This document shows, piece after piece, positions 1 to 9,227 of a stretch of 64,000 nt of DNA (position 1 is the stretch's first letter; each line of letters opens with the position of its first letter). Source of the DNA: a virus (taxonomy: Duplodnaviria > Caudoviricetes); the IMG/VR virus record IMGVR_UViG_3300010262_000138, positions 1-64,000 of that record; one strand, 5' to 3'. A model generated the notes under the pieces. That model searched no databases, was not told the origin of the DNA, and saw only the letters and a program-made list of their open reading frames with translations. The position numbers and the translations under genes are program-made.

Positions 1-151
1 CACCCGGAGTAGGTTAATTCAAAAAATTTGCCTTAAAACGGCCGAAATCTACTAATATTTGGATATAATTTTAATTAACATTTAACATTTAGTGTCTAAT
101 TAGTAAATCAATTTTCTATCATATTTTCTTACAATTTGTAGTAAAAATGAG

Positions 152-198
152 AAAAATAGGGTAGACGAGAATAACTCGTCTACCCTATTTTTTTTATA
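152..198 (+). terminator. Intrinsic terminator hairpin upstream of the sigma-factor module
   Basis: 18-bp perfect stem aaaaatagggtagacgag / ctcgtctaccctattttt, loop aataa, followed by a T run. Confidence 0.75.
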
Positions 199-421
199 GT
201 AAAGAAATTAACCTTATCAGAAACCCAAGTCATACCAAACTGAAATGGTGTGATATGGCGGGCCATTTTAATGCACTAAAGAAAGGCGAATAGCGAAATG
301 CGCTTAATCAATTACGTTGAGATAATTAAGTTATTTAACATAAAAATGAGAGTAATTTGTATCATAGTATCAAAAATGTGACAATAGATAGAATAATTGC
401 AGTTAAAAGTTTTTAGAAGGA

Positions 422-449
422 TTTACATTCGAACGTAAACTCCCCCTTT
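422..449 (+). promoter_or_regulatory. Candidate group-5 sigma (UviA/TcdR-type) promoter, possibly autoregulatory
   Basis: TTTACA(422-427)-N16-CCCTTT(444-449); same architecture as the site at 5174-5201. Confidence 0.45.
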
Positions 450-489
450 TCAGTTTAGAAGAGGGGGAGTTTTATGCTGTGTTGTTGAT

Positions 490-1026
490 TTGATTCGCAA
501 TGCCCAGTCAGGAGACGAAGAAAGCGTAATGCGTCTAATCGAGAGGTTTAACCCACTATTTAAAAAGTACGCGAACCGTCTAAATTATGAAGATGCATAT
601 AACGACTTGCAATTGGATTTTCTGTGTGCTTTGCGAAAAATGAATTTGGGAAAAATGAGGAACTATTCAGATGGAGCAATGGTGAAGTATATTCAAATAG
701 TGCTTCACCATGCATATGTAAAACGATTGGAGGGGTATATTGCAACGAGGAAATACACGATACCTTTCTGTTCTCTTTCGGGGGAACAGATACTACATAT
801 TGATGACAATTTGAAATGCACCGACCAGTATCATTCGTTAATGATTATGGATCTCAGAAATATTTTGTCTTTGAAAGAATATCAAATTGTAATCGCATGT
901 TGCCTTCAAGGATACAGAGCGTCAGAAATAGCAGAAAAAACTCATATTACCAGACAGGCTGTAAATCAAATTAAACTCTCGGCGCTCCGCAAAATTCGCA
1001 AAAATCAAATAGAAGGGAGTAATTAA
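490..1026 (+). CDS. Alternative sigma factor, UviA/TcdR/BotR-like (group 5 sigma-70)
   Basis: N-term AQSGDEESVMRLIERFNPLFKKYA..LNYEDAYNDL (region-2-like); C-term region-4 HTH GYRASEIAEKTHITRQAVNQIKLSALRKIRK. Confidence 0.8.
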   Translation: MIRNAQSGDEESVMRLIERFNPLFKKYANRLNYEDAYNDLQLDFLCALRKMNLGKMRNYSDGAMVKYIQIVLHHAYVKRLEGYIATRKYTIPFCSLSGEQILHIDDNLKCTDQYHSLMIMDLRNILSLKEYQIVIACCLQGYRASEIAEKTHITRQAVNQIKLSALRKIRKNQIEGSN

Positions 1027-2325
1027 ATGTATAATCGAGAAGCAGAAGGGACCCTCATTCTGTCAAAAACAGAGCTTGAGCGTAAAAGAAAATTGACTGA
1101 GTTAAAGCACATATTGAAAACGATAGAGAACCCGGAAAATAACACGAAATATATTCATTTGGCTGGTACAAATGGCAAAGGTTCTACTAGCGCGATGCTA
1201 GCTTCAATTTTTCATCACGCCGGATATAAAACTGGACTTTTTACATCTCCACACATTGAACGTATTTATGAAAGAATCCAAGTCAATGGTGATCCAATTA
1301 CTCCAAGTGATTTTTACACTTTAATGAACTATACCAAGCAGATTTACGCTGATTGCCAATTGAAGCCGTCAGTATATGCGTTGCTAACCGCAGTAGGATT
1401 TTTGTATTTTCAGAAATGTAAATGTGATATCGTAATTTTAGAAACAGGATTAGGCGGAGAAAACGATCCTACTAATGCAATCTCTAAAACAGAAGCTGCG
1501 GTTTTTACTAATATCGGGTTGGATCATATTCCATCGCTGGGAACAACCGTTGAAGAGATCGCTTCTAATAAGGCGGGTATTCTTAAACAGGGATGCGATG
1601 CGATTGCCTATCCTTCCGAGGCAGCGGCGGTCAGGATACTAGATAGGGCATGTCAAGCAAAGAATATTCCTTTGAGACAGTCCGACTTCTCCATGATTGT
1701 ATTGCATCATAGCGATGAGAAGGGGCAGATTTTTGATTATCGTGACAGAAAAAATCTTTATATTGGACTTTTGGGTGAACATCAAGTTTGCAACGCCGCT
1801 CTTGCACTTGATACCATTGATACGATGCGAACCAGAGGGTGGAATATCTCAGAGCAGTCTGTTAGGGAAGGGTTGAGGCTTACTCAATGGCCTTGCAGAC
1901 TGGAGGTGATCCATCACAACCCCACGGTCATTTTAGATGTTGTAACCAATTCTCTCGGAGCATGTAAATTTCAAAAAGCAATAAATCAATATTTCCCTAA
2001 TAAGCGTCCCGTTCTCATTCTGGGCAGTTTAAGTTATAAACAGTACCTAAATCTTTACGATATTCTTATCAGCGTGGCGGATAGTATTGTTGCCGTCACA
2101 GCGTCAGGCAGTAATGGCTGCAATGCCTTTCAGCTTGCCAGAAGTTTGGAAAATTACGGTAAAAAGGTTTATGCCTGCAGTTCCATTTCGGACGGAGCAT
2201 GGCTTGCAGAGAAACTATGCGGTCCGGAAGGAATTATTGCGGGAGTAGGCACATTTCATATTATGGCGGAACTGAAAGAATATTTTTCCGGCAAAGAACG
2301 GAGGGATCTCTATGCCGCGCTATAA
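1027..2325 (+). CDS. folC: FolC-like Mur-ligase family protein (folylpolyglutamate synthase homolog, divergent)
   Basis: HLAGTNGKGST P-loop, TSPH, ETGLGG..D.TN, IGLDH, WPCRLE; canonical DGAHN is replaced by DVVTN. Confidence 0.8.
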   Translation: MYNREAEGTLILSKTELERKRKLTELKHILKTIENPENNTKYIHLAGTNGKGSTSAMLASIFHHAGYKTGLFTSPHIERIYERIQVNGDPITPSDFYTLMNYTKQIYADCQLKPSVYALLTAVGFLYFQKCKCDIVILETGLGGENDPTNAISKTEAAVFTNIGLDHIPSLGTTVEEIASNKAGILKQGCDAIAYPSEAAAVRILDRACQAKNIPLRQSDFSMIVLHHSDEKGQIFDYRDRKNLYIGLLGEHQVCNAALALDTIDTMRTRGWNISEQSVREGLRLTQWPCRLEVIHHNPTVILDVVTNSLGACKFQKAINQYFPNKRPVLILGSLSYKQYLNLYDILISVADSIVAVTASGSNGCNAFQLARSLENYGKKVYACSSISDGAWLAEKLCGPEGIIAGVGTFHIMAELKEYFSGKERRDLYAAL

Positions 2326-3064
2326 AGGGGTTGACGTGTCAGAACATCAGGGTAAAATCAATTGGATGGCCATGAAAGAAGATGGAATTCAGTTTGCGAT
2401 TATAAGAATAGGCTGGACTCACTATGAAGGCGGGATAACATTAGATGATCGCTATCTGGAAAATATCAGAGGGGCACAGGCGGCGGGGATTCCAATAGGA
2501 GCTTACGTCTATGGCTACGACCTCAATGTTGAAGCGGCCGAGACTTCCGCCAAAATGGTGGCGAAAGAGTTAAGCAACTATCGATTTGAATATCCCGTAT
2601 ATTATGACCAAGAGTACGAACCCAAGCTTCAGCTTCTCACACGACAGCAGCGCACAGATATTTGTCGAGTATTTTTGGAAACTCTTCAAAAGAACGGATA
2701 TTTTCCGGGAATATATGCAAGTAAGGATTGGTTTGAAAATTGGGTTTTTGACTCCCAGCTTGTAGATTATGAACATTGGGTGGCACAATACGCAGACACA
2801 TGCAGCTATTCCGGAACATACGGGGTATGGCAATATGGAGTTATTGGGAATAAGGGAGTCAAAGGAAAAGAATATACGTTATGCGGATCAATTGCCGGGA
2901 TACAGACCAATTGTGACCTTGATTTTTCATATCGTGATTATCCCGCTTTAATCAAAAGATCGCCGCTGAATGGATGGGGAAAACCCCCTGATAAGACTCC
3001 GCTGAATCACACTACACTGTTAACAGAACTGAAGGAACTTTTAAGAAAATATGGTGAACTATAA
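2312..3064 (+). CDS. Glycoside hydrolase family 25 muramidase (endolysin-like)
   Basis: GVDVSEHQG, FAIIRIG, PVYYDQE (DxE), WVAQY, WQY, CDLD motifs; overlaps the FolC-like gene end. Confidence 0.9.
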   Translation: MPRYKGVDVSEHQGKINWMAMKEDGIQFAIIRIGWTHYEGGITLDDRYLENIRGAQAAGIPIGAYVYGYDLNVEAAETSAKMVAKELSNYRFEYPVYYDQEYEPKLQLLTRQQRTDICRVFLETLQKNGYFPGIYASKDWFENWVFDSQLVDYEHWVAQYADTCSYSGTYGVWQYGVIGNKGVKGKEYTLCGSIAGIQTNCDLDFSYRDYPALIKRSPLNGWGKPPDKTPLNHTTLLTELKELLRKYGEL

Positions 3065-3540
3065 TGGAACAGGTACACCGTGTTAAAACTGTTGCCTCCG
3101 GTATTATAGGAACTGCTTCTGCAGCGTTGGGATGGTTCGGGTGGCTGGTATTGATTTACTCTGCCGCAATAACGCTTGATTGGGTGACGGGGACCGCAGC
3201 GGCAAAGCAAAAGGGAGAGTGGTCTTCCAAGGCCGCAAGAGAAGGGTGCTGGCACAAGCTTGGTTCCATTATATCTATTCTTTCCGCCTTAATGTTAGAC
3301 GGAATGACAAGAGTAGTTATACGGGAGGTGCCGGAGATTTCGTTGCCATTTCACTACTCAGTTTTACTGGGCCCGATTGTTTTGGTTTGGTATATTGTGG
3401 CCGAGCTGGGAAGCATCATAGAAAATGCGGGAAAGCTTGGAGCCCCTGTTCCTAAATTCTTGACAGCGGCAATTCACACCTTACATACGTCTGCAGGGCG
3501 GGCCGGTGATCAGGCAAATTGCTCAGAGAAGGATCGGTAA
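3064..3540 (+). CDS. Phage holin family 4 (toxin-secretion/phage-lysis holin)
   Basis: DWVTGT..A....WSS...REG..HK and ELGSIIENAGKLGAPVP motifs; hydrophobic helices. Confidence 0.88.
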   Translation: MEQVHRVKTVASGIIGTASAALGWFGWLVLIYSAAITLDWVTGTAAAKQKGEWSSKAAREGCWHKLGSIISILSALMLDGMTRVVIREVPEISLPFHYSVLLGPIVLVWYIVAELGSIIENAGKLGAPVPKFLTAAIHTLHTSAGRAGDQANCSEKDR

Positions 3541-3546
3541 ATCTTA

Positions 3547-3575
3547 AAGGGCGTTGGGATGATCCCAACGCCCTT
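3547..3575. terminator. Bidirectional terminator between convergent genes
   Basis: aagggcgttgggat-g-atcccaacgccctt perfect hairpin. Confidence 0.7.
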
Positions 3576-3581
3576 CAGCCC

Positions 3582-5081
3582 TTACAGCATAACATTCAAA
3601 TCTTCCGGAATCTCCCATTGATGAGAATATATACATGATATATCTATTGGCACATCTGTTGGCTTCATCGGCGAATATTGCTCTGTTGCCTCTAAGTCAA
3701 CTCTGATACTCAATTCTGCCCAAACACATGCGGTGAGAGAGGGATTAAAACACAGCATTCGAGCAGACGCGGGGGCAACCTTTTCTTCGATAATCCGTTC
3801 AGTCCCGTCTGAGTTACGGTATATCAACTGAAAAAATTCCGTTGAACTGTCGAGCCTGAGAAAATAATACGCAGCTTCTTCAACCGGCGTCCCGTTTGCA
3901 TGGTAATATTTATCCTCATCCTTGATATGAACGCGGTCCTCGCCCTTCCAAAAATGCTTCTCCTTTCCCATTTCGTATGTATACACATTAAATCCGGATT
4001 CCCAATGGAAGTTATTTATATCCTCCAACCAAAAATCCGAGTAAAATTTTCCTTTGCGATCAAAAATTTCAATACTGTTGCCGCCTGTTGCGATCAGATC
4101 GCCTCTAGCGCCGATAAGTAGGTGGTCGTTGGCGAAGGTATAATATTCTCCGGAAGGCGAAGCGCGAAACTCCGAGAGATATTCGTAGTCCTTTTTAATC
4201 TCAAGATAATGGGGGGGCTCTTCGGGATGCAGCAGGCTTATAATTTGAAGCCCCAGCTTGTTTCGAAGTGCCAGCTCGTTTCGAAGCGCCAGCTCATCAT
4301 GATTATGATATGCATCGTACAATATCTGGTCATAGTCGTAATACGGACAATAAAAGAAACTCCCTTTAGGGGATATTCGTGCTGCTTCCACAAATGGCGC
4401 TCCGTCATATATGTCTTCTTCATATTTGAAGTATTCCGGATGGCTTGGATTAAAAGAAGTTTTATTGAATGAAAGATCCTCGCAGGAAAAAGTATAGAGC
4501 TGGATACGCCCCTCCTCTATCGTTTCAATAGATGGAATATAGGTGGGGACAATAAAATGTTTTTTGTCTTCGTCAAAATAAATGCCGGGAGAGGTATCCA
4601 TCAGGTCTTTGGATTTCCCGTGATCAGCCGTTGAAAAGAATCTTTCCGCAGGACGCGAATAGTTCCAAAGCCCGGTTGTATCAGTCATAAGAAGGATTTT
4701 CATCTCTGAGGCTTTCAAATCAAGACAGTACAAATTCCCGAATTCTATAAAGATCGCGCGGTCATTATCCAGCCAAAATAGTCTATCTTCGTATACTTGA
4801 TTTAGAAAATTTGAGATGCCAACGGTACCCATCGGCGCAGCTATCGGGAATAATCTAAATTCGCCTCTTACCCCATATAGCTCATATAGTTTAGGCAGAG
4901 AAACGGAAATCGGCGGATTGAACTCCCGCATGGGTAAAAATGTGGCGCGTGATGCGGTTGGTTTTTGTTCGGATAGGTCGGGCACCGCCGCAGTTTCCAA
5001 AATCTTAGGGTTTTGAACGCCCTGAGAGATGGCGCAGAAAATCAGAATGACGGCAAGGCAGGCAAAGGCTTTTTTCATCAT
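3582..5081 (-). CDS. Secreted/surface protein (N-terminal signal or anchor, possibly beta-propeller); candidate immunity protein
   Basis: RBS GGGAGG before ATG 5081; MMKKAFACLAVILIFCA hydrophobic leader; aromatic-rich; divergent from the M23 gene. Confidence 0.6.
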   Translation of the reverse strand: MMKKAFACLAVILIFCAISQGVQNPKILETAAVPDLSEQKPTASRATFLPMREFNPPISVSLPKLYELYGVRGEFRLFPIAAPMGTVGISNFLNQVYEDRLFWLDNDRAIFIEFGNLYCLDLKASEMKILLMTDTTGLWNYSRPAERFFSTADHGKSKDLMDTSPGIYFDEDKKHFIVPTYIPSIETIEEGRIQLYTFSCEDLSFNKTSFNPSHPEYFKYEEDIYDGAPFVEAARISPKGSFFYCPYYDYDQILYDAYHNHDELALRNELALRNKLGLQIISLLHPEEPPHYLEIKKDYEYLSEFRASPSGEYYTFANDHLLIGARGDLIATGGNSIEIFDRKGKFYSDFWLEDINNFHWESGFNVYTYEMGKEKHFWKGEDRVHIKDEDKYYHANGTPVEEAAYYFLRLDSSTEFFQLIYRNSDGTERIIEEKVAPASARMLCFNPSLTACVWAELSIRVDLEATEQYSPMKPTDVPIDISCIYSHQWEIPEDLNVML

Positions 5082-5173
5082 ATTACATCCTCCCAACATG
5101 CGGCATTGCTTCGTCTGGTTTCAGTATAACAAAACGTTTCCGCCAAAGCCAAAGAAATAAAAGAGAAAAAAGG

Positions 5174-5201
5174 TTTACATTTCACAAAAATTCCGCTCTT
5201 T
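5174..5201 (+). promoter_or_regulatory. Group-5 sigma (UviA-type) promoter upstream of the M23 gene
   Basis: TTTACA(5174-5179)-N16-CTCTTT(5196-5201), matching the TTTACA/CTCTTT consensus of UviA-dependent bcn promoters. Confidence 0.6.
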
Positions 5202-5289
5202 CTTTGACAGATCCCCAAACGAGACAAAAAAGAGGGGGGAGGTTATTAAGCTGAAACGGGGATCAACAAAAAGAAAGGATGAACAGGTA

Positions 5290-6813
5290 ATGTATAAAGA
5301 TCGGTCAAGCGTAACCGTCAAGTATTCTCAGGCGCCCAGGGTAGTTGAAAGATTTTTTTATCGCGTCAGGCCGTATAAAAATCCGTTGAATATCGACAAA
5401 AAGGGAGATTTTAATGGACTTGTGGTGTCGGGGGCGCTGGTTAAAATCGGTGGCATGGGCGCGCAGGAAGAATTATGGTGCCTGAAACCCCCGGCAGATT
5501 CAGAGCGGGGCAAAGGGCGTTTGTGTCACATTGTCAATGCGAATGAAAAGGCCAGCATCGATATTAGTCAATATCTTGGCTATAGGAATGGAAGCGCAGT
5601 TGTTATTTCTGTTAACAGTGGCGAAGAAATTATTGCAGACCTCAATTTTGATGTGATTGATTCTGCAACCAATAAATGCAGGATCTGGACGATAATTGGA
5701 GATGTAAAATACTATCTTTGCCATAACGCGCCTGATGTGGAATGGAAAGAGAATGGACAACAGGGGGATGACGAGTCTTCATGGGGCTTTGAGCGGCTGA
5801 TTAAAATTAAGGGTATTCCTCATGATCCCGATACTCCCAATACTCCCGATACTCCCGACTTTGACTATTTCAGCGAGAATTGTGGCTGCACCGACAAAGA
5901 TACGATGCCTGACTCTTGGCAGACGGGGATAGAAAAGCTGTATCGCCTTGTCTATAAGACAGATAGAGTAAAGGCCTTTTATAATTTGTATGGGGCACGA
6001 TATAATATTACTCAAAATGATATTGGGCATAATAATCATAGGTTTCATCCAGGGGTTGATATGGCGCATTTAGAAAATAAACACCCCCCAATTTACTTAC
6101 CGTTTGACGGACATGTTGAAAAGGTGAATGATTCGTATGGAGCAGTAACAGTTAAAGACAACAGAACTGGCTTCATTTATACTTTTATGCACATGACTAA
6201 TATATGCGTGTCTGAAACAAATGACGTGGATAAAGGTACTGTCATTGGGAATCAGGGCAGTAGGTTCGCTGGAAGCGATGATAAGATTGGTTCCCATCTC
6301 CATGTGGAGGTAGTGAAAAATAAAGATTATCTCACCCCTATTTACAATGCTTCCTTTGTCAAAATGGAAGATAGCATTCCCCCATACCCCGCCTTTAACA
6401 CACTGATCCTTGATGATGAAGTGGCGAACCCTGATTTTGACAATATGGATGAAGGCAGACTGGAGGAAGGCGAGCAGGACTCTGGCTCAGGTTCTGGCTC
6501 TGGCACAGGTTCGGGTTCAGGTTCGAGCTCTGCAGCTACGTTGCAGGAAAACCGACAGAGATATTATAACATAGTTAGAGACATTCTTCCTGAATGCGGA
6601 ACGACAACCGAAAGCTTTTATGCCCGTATGCAGCAGGCTGCAGCGGAAAATATGAATGACCCTTATGTGTATTCGCGGTTTAAGAAAACCATTGAGGATG
6701 GGTATGAACAAAGAGTAAAAAACAAATACGGCCTTGATGACACGTGGGATGATGAGGATATTGCATTCTTTTTGCGTTATGATTTAATGATGGAAGCAGA
6801 AAGTGGAGAGTAG
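5290..6813 (+). CDS. Multidomain M23 metallopeptidase without signal peptide (candidate cell-wall-lytic bacteriocin)
   Basis: HPGVD, FMHM, HLHVEV M23 motifs; N-terminal region with spaced Trp motifs (ricin-B-like?); DTP linker; Gly-Ser linker; helical C-terminal domain. Confidence 0.7.
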   Translation: MYKDRSSVTVKYSQAPRVVERFFYRVRPYKNPLNIDKKGDFNGLVVSGALVKIGGMGAQEELWCLKPPADSERGKGRLCHIVNANEKASIDISQYLGYRNGSAVVISVNSGEEIIADLNFDVIDSATNKCRIWTIIGDVKYYLCHNAPDVEWKENGQQGDDESSWGFERLIKIKGIPHDPDTPNTPDTPDFDYFSENCGCTDKDTMPDSWQTGIEKLYRLVYKTDRVKAFYNLYGARYNITQNDIGHNNHRFHPGVDMAHLENKHPPIYLPFDGHVEKVNDSYGAVTVKDNRTGFIYTFMHMTNICVSETNDVDKGTVIGNQGSRFAGSDDKIGSHLHVEVVKNKDYLTPIYNASFVKMEDSIPPYPAFNTLILDDEVANPDFDNMDEGRLEEGEQDSGSGSGSGTGSGSGSSSAATLQENRQRYYNIVRDILPECGTTTESFYARMQQAAAENMNDPYVYSRFKKTIEDGYEQRVKNKYGLDDTWDDEDIAFFLRYDLMMEAESGE

Positions 6814-6815
6814 TG

Positions 6816-6874
6816 TTTATAAAATAAAGGGCGGGTCTGAGAATAATTCTCAGACCCGCCCTTTATTTTATAAA
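6816..6874. terminator. 59-nt perfect palindrome / bidirectional terminator at the junction of left module and phage lysis cassette
   Basis: tttataaaataaagggcgggtctgagaat-a-attctcagacccgccctttattttataaa (29-bp arms). Confidence 0.8.
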
Positions 6875-7347
6875 AGAAGATTGATTTTACCAGAAACCCA
6901 CGCCATGCCAAACAGCAATAGTGCGGCAATGGCGGGCCAGTTCTTTTTAATATACTCAAGAAAATCAAATTTTGATTTATCGCTGACAATATCAACCTTT
7001 GCATCCACAGAGTTGATCTTATCATTCAATCCAGATACCTGTTTTGCCAATGCTTCAACGCTTTTATTATTCTCCGTCAGGCTATACTGCATCCCGATCA
7101 TTGTCGTTTGCATCTCGGCCAAGGTTTTTTGTGTTTCCACCAAGGTGTCAGGAAGCTTTGAAAGCATTGCAAGTGATTGCGTCATACTCTCTTTTGCAAC
7201 AGCAAAATCTTTATCGACCTCGTTCACTTTGTTCTCAAGACTGTTGATGTTATTACTAAGACCGTCAACTTTTTTCTCAAGCGTCTCGATACGATGCGAG
7301 TGGTCCATGTGTTCTCCGCAGTGAATTTCCTCTCCCACCACTACCAT
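6868..7347 (-). CDS. Coiled-coil protein with C-terminal TM helix (XhlA/holin-accessory-like)
   Basis: Heptad coiled coil, then WPAIAALLLFGMAWV; last gene of the lysis cassette. Confidence 0.6.
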   Translation of the reverse strand: MVVVGEEIHCGEHMDHSHRIETLEKKVDGLSNNINSLENKVNEVDKDFAVAKESMTQSLAMLSKLPDTLVETQKTLAEMQTTMIGMQYSLTENNKSVEALAKQVSGLNDKINSVDAKVDIVSDKSKFDFLEYIKKNWPAIAALLLFGMAWVSGKINLLL

Positions 7348-7357
7348 TCACCAGCCC

Positions 7358-7693
7358 TTATACAGTAATTTTGCTCTTATTGTTAAGCCCGAGAGTGTCC
7401 CACGCCTCCTGAATCGCAAGCTCTACGGCATCAGTATCCATCTTAAACCCGTACTGGTCGCACATTTTCTGGACAAAAGCAATAACCTCTGCTTTTTTTG
7501 TTTCGCCCATTCCGGATTCCGTATAAATGGTTTCCATTGCGCTAACGGCTACATAGACCCATCTCTCAATGATTGCCCACTGCTGGTCTGTAGTTTTGGA
7601 TTTAAAATAGGGGATTGCGTACCGCGTAATCAGGGCGGCAATCAGACCAATGATGCAGATTACAATTTGAGTCAAATCAATCGAAGTATTCAT
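7358..7693 (-). CDS. Phage holin, LL-H family
   Basis: N-terminal TM, IPYFKSK, AVSAMETIY..SGMGETKK motif. Confidence 0.8.
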   Translation of the reverse strand: MNTSIDLTQIVICIIGLIAALITRYAIPYFKSKTTDQQWAIIERWVYVAVSAMETIYTESGMGETKKAEVIAFVQKMCDQYGFKMDTDAVELAIQEAWDTLGLNNKSKITV

Positions 7694-7704
7694 ATTTTAT
7701 CTCC

Positions 7705-8946
7705 TTAAGTAATTTTGGGAGTATTGACATCCTCTTCCGAGGTATATCCGTCCATAGTTCTCGTGATCGTTTGGCTGTCAGGCGAATTGGTTTTGCAGTA
7801 CAGCACTTCTGCCGGATTGAAGGTCGTATCTCCTGCGCCGCGAGTGCCGGCCTTCATCAAATTTGTGTTCCCGGAAAGGGTAGGGGTGTACTGATAATGC
7901 GCTGCATCATTGTCAGCCTCCAAATGCAGATGAACCCCTGCGGTATATTTTCCGGAGGCGCCCATGATACCTATCTTGGTATCCTTCGTGACTTTATCTC
8001 CAACCTTTACCACAATAAAAGCCAGGTGATGATACCGCAGCACAACGTCGCCGATTTTTCCGGTCTTGTGGTTATAGGCATTTTCATACTTTACAGCCAC
8101 AACATTTCCTAAAACAGAATCTCTCCCTGCCAACAGAACCGTACCGTTTCCACTAGCATAAATAGTGGGAGATCCTGAGCAATCCAGTCCATAATGCGTC
8201 CCCATCCTAAGACCGTTTAATACTAGCTGGGAGTACTTTGCGTTTTTATATCCTGCTGTAACTCTCATATTGTTAATGGGAAGAATCAGCTTTTGATAGT
8301 CTTCAGTAGTGACTGCCGCCCTCACAAAATCCTTTTCCTTGTATCTGGGAATATCCTTTGCGTCAACATAAATTGCCAAAGGATGCACGATTGCCTTCTG
8401 GTTTTTCCCAATTACAAAGACATCAGCGGGGTCAATCATAGTAGAGTCATTCGCGCCTGCCCTAATCAGCATGGAGCTGCTGGATTCAGCGACCTGCGGA
8501 GTGTGGAATGGATGTGTAGTATCAGAGTCAATTTCCACATGGATATGATTCCACCATTTGTGCTTATCGCTCACTATGCCAATAACAGAATAAGCGGAAA
8601 CGGTAGACCCACTTATAACCTTGATAGACTCCATATGAATATAACGGACGATTAAATCCTTTACGGATCCCGTTTTAGGGATATAAACTTTGGGGTATTT
8701 TACCACAACAACGCAGCCAAGAGCATTTTGGTTGCGCTCTATCCCTAAAACAGTACCCTTTCCAGAAGCAATAACCTCAAAATTTGTTGCTCCAAAGCTG
8801 TCGCAGTCCATTCCAAAATGGGTAAACCTATGAGCCGGATCTTTTGCGTATTCAGTATTCTTAAACCCTGCGGCAATCGTACAGCTTTTCATGGGGTAAA
8901 TTAGAACCTGTGATTCAAGGGGAATTTTTTTTGAAATATCAATCAC
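7705..8946 (-). CDS. Endolysin with two tandem M23 peptidase domains
   Basis: THFGMDC/YIHM/HIHVE and THYGLDC/YHHL/HLHLE; lies between holin-like genes; true start may be ATT 8937. Confidence 0.8.
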   Translation of the reverse strand: MIDISKKIPLESQVLIYPMKSCTIAAGFKNTEYAKDPAHRFTHFGMDCDSFGATNFEVIASGKGTVLGIERNQNALGCVVVVKYPKVYIPKTGSVKDLIVRYIHMESIKVISGSTVSAYSVIGIVSDKHKWWNHIHVEIDSDTTHPFHTPQVAESSSSMLIRAGANDSTMIDPADVFVIGKNQKAIVHPLAIYVDAKDIPRYKEKDFVRAAVTTEDYQKLILPINNMRVTAGYKNAKYSQLVLNGLRMGTHYGLDCSGSPTIYASGNGTVLLAGRDSVLGNVVAVKYENAYNHKTGKIGDVVLRYHHLAFIVVKVGDKVTKDTKIGIMGASGKYTAGVHLHLEADNDAAHYQYTPTLSGNTNLMKAGTRGAGDTTFNPAEVLYCKTNSPDSQTITRTMDGYTSEEDVNTPKIT

Positions 8947-8948
8947 CT

Positions 8949-9206
8949 CTAATCGAGCGTAATATTGTTGATGTCCAATCCCTCTCGTTTAGCAGACACC
9001 AAGATCTTTACTTTGTTTTCAGCTTTTGCTTTTGAGCTGTAAAACCCCGTAATTACTCCCATCTCACCAAATACTGAGGGAATCAGATAGGCGAGGGGAG
9101 AGAGATCACGAGTTAAGAACATCAAAATAACAGTGATAATAACAAGGGCCAGCGTTACAATAGCAACGCTGGCAAACATAATCTTTGAGAATTCAAATTT
9201 TTTCAT
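8949..9206 (-). CDS. Two-TM small membrane protein, holin-like
   Basis: EFSKI...TM...TM...FYSSKAKAEN motif common next to Firmicute phage lysins. Confidence 0.7.
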   Translation of the reverse strand: MKKFEFSKIMFASVAIVTLALVIITVILMFLTRDLSPLAYLIPSVFGEMGVITGFYSSKAKAENKVKILVSAKREGLDINNITLD

Positions 9207-9227
9207 TTCAAATTATATATACTTGGA

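Noticed and set aside
430-443. LexA (Cheo) box upstream of the sigma gene
   Set aside because: Only the CGAAC half matches; the right half is ACTC rather than GTTC
4260-4295. 18-bp tandem duplication (ELALRN x2), and the Gly-Ser/DTP repeats in 5290-6813
   Set aside because: In-frame low-complexity or linker repeats with no evidence of a separate function
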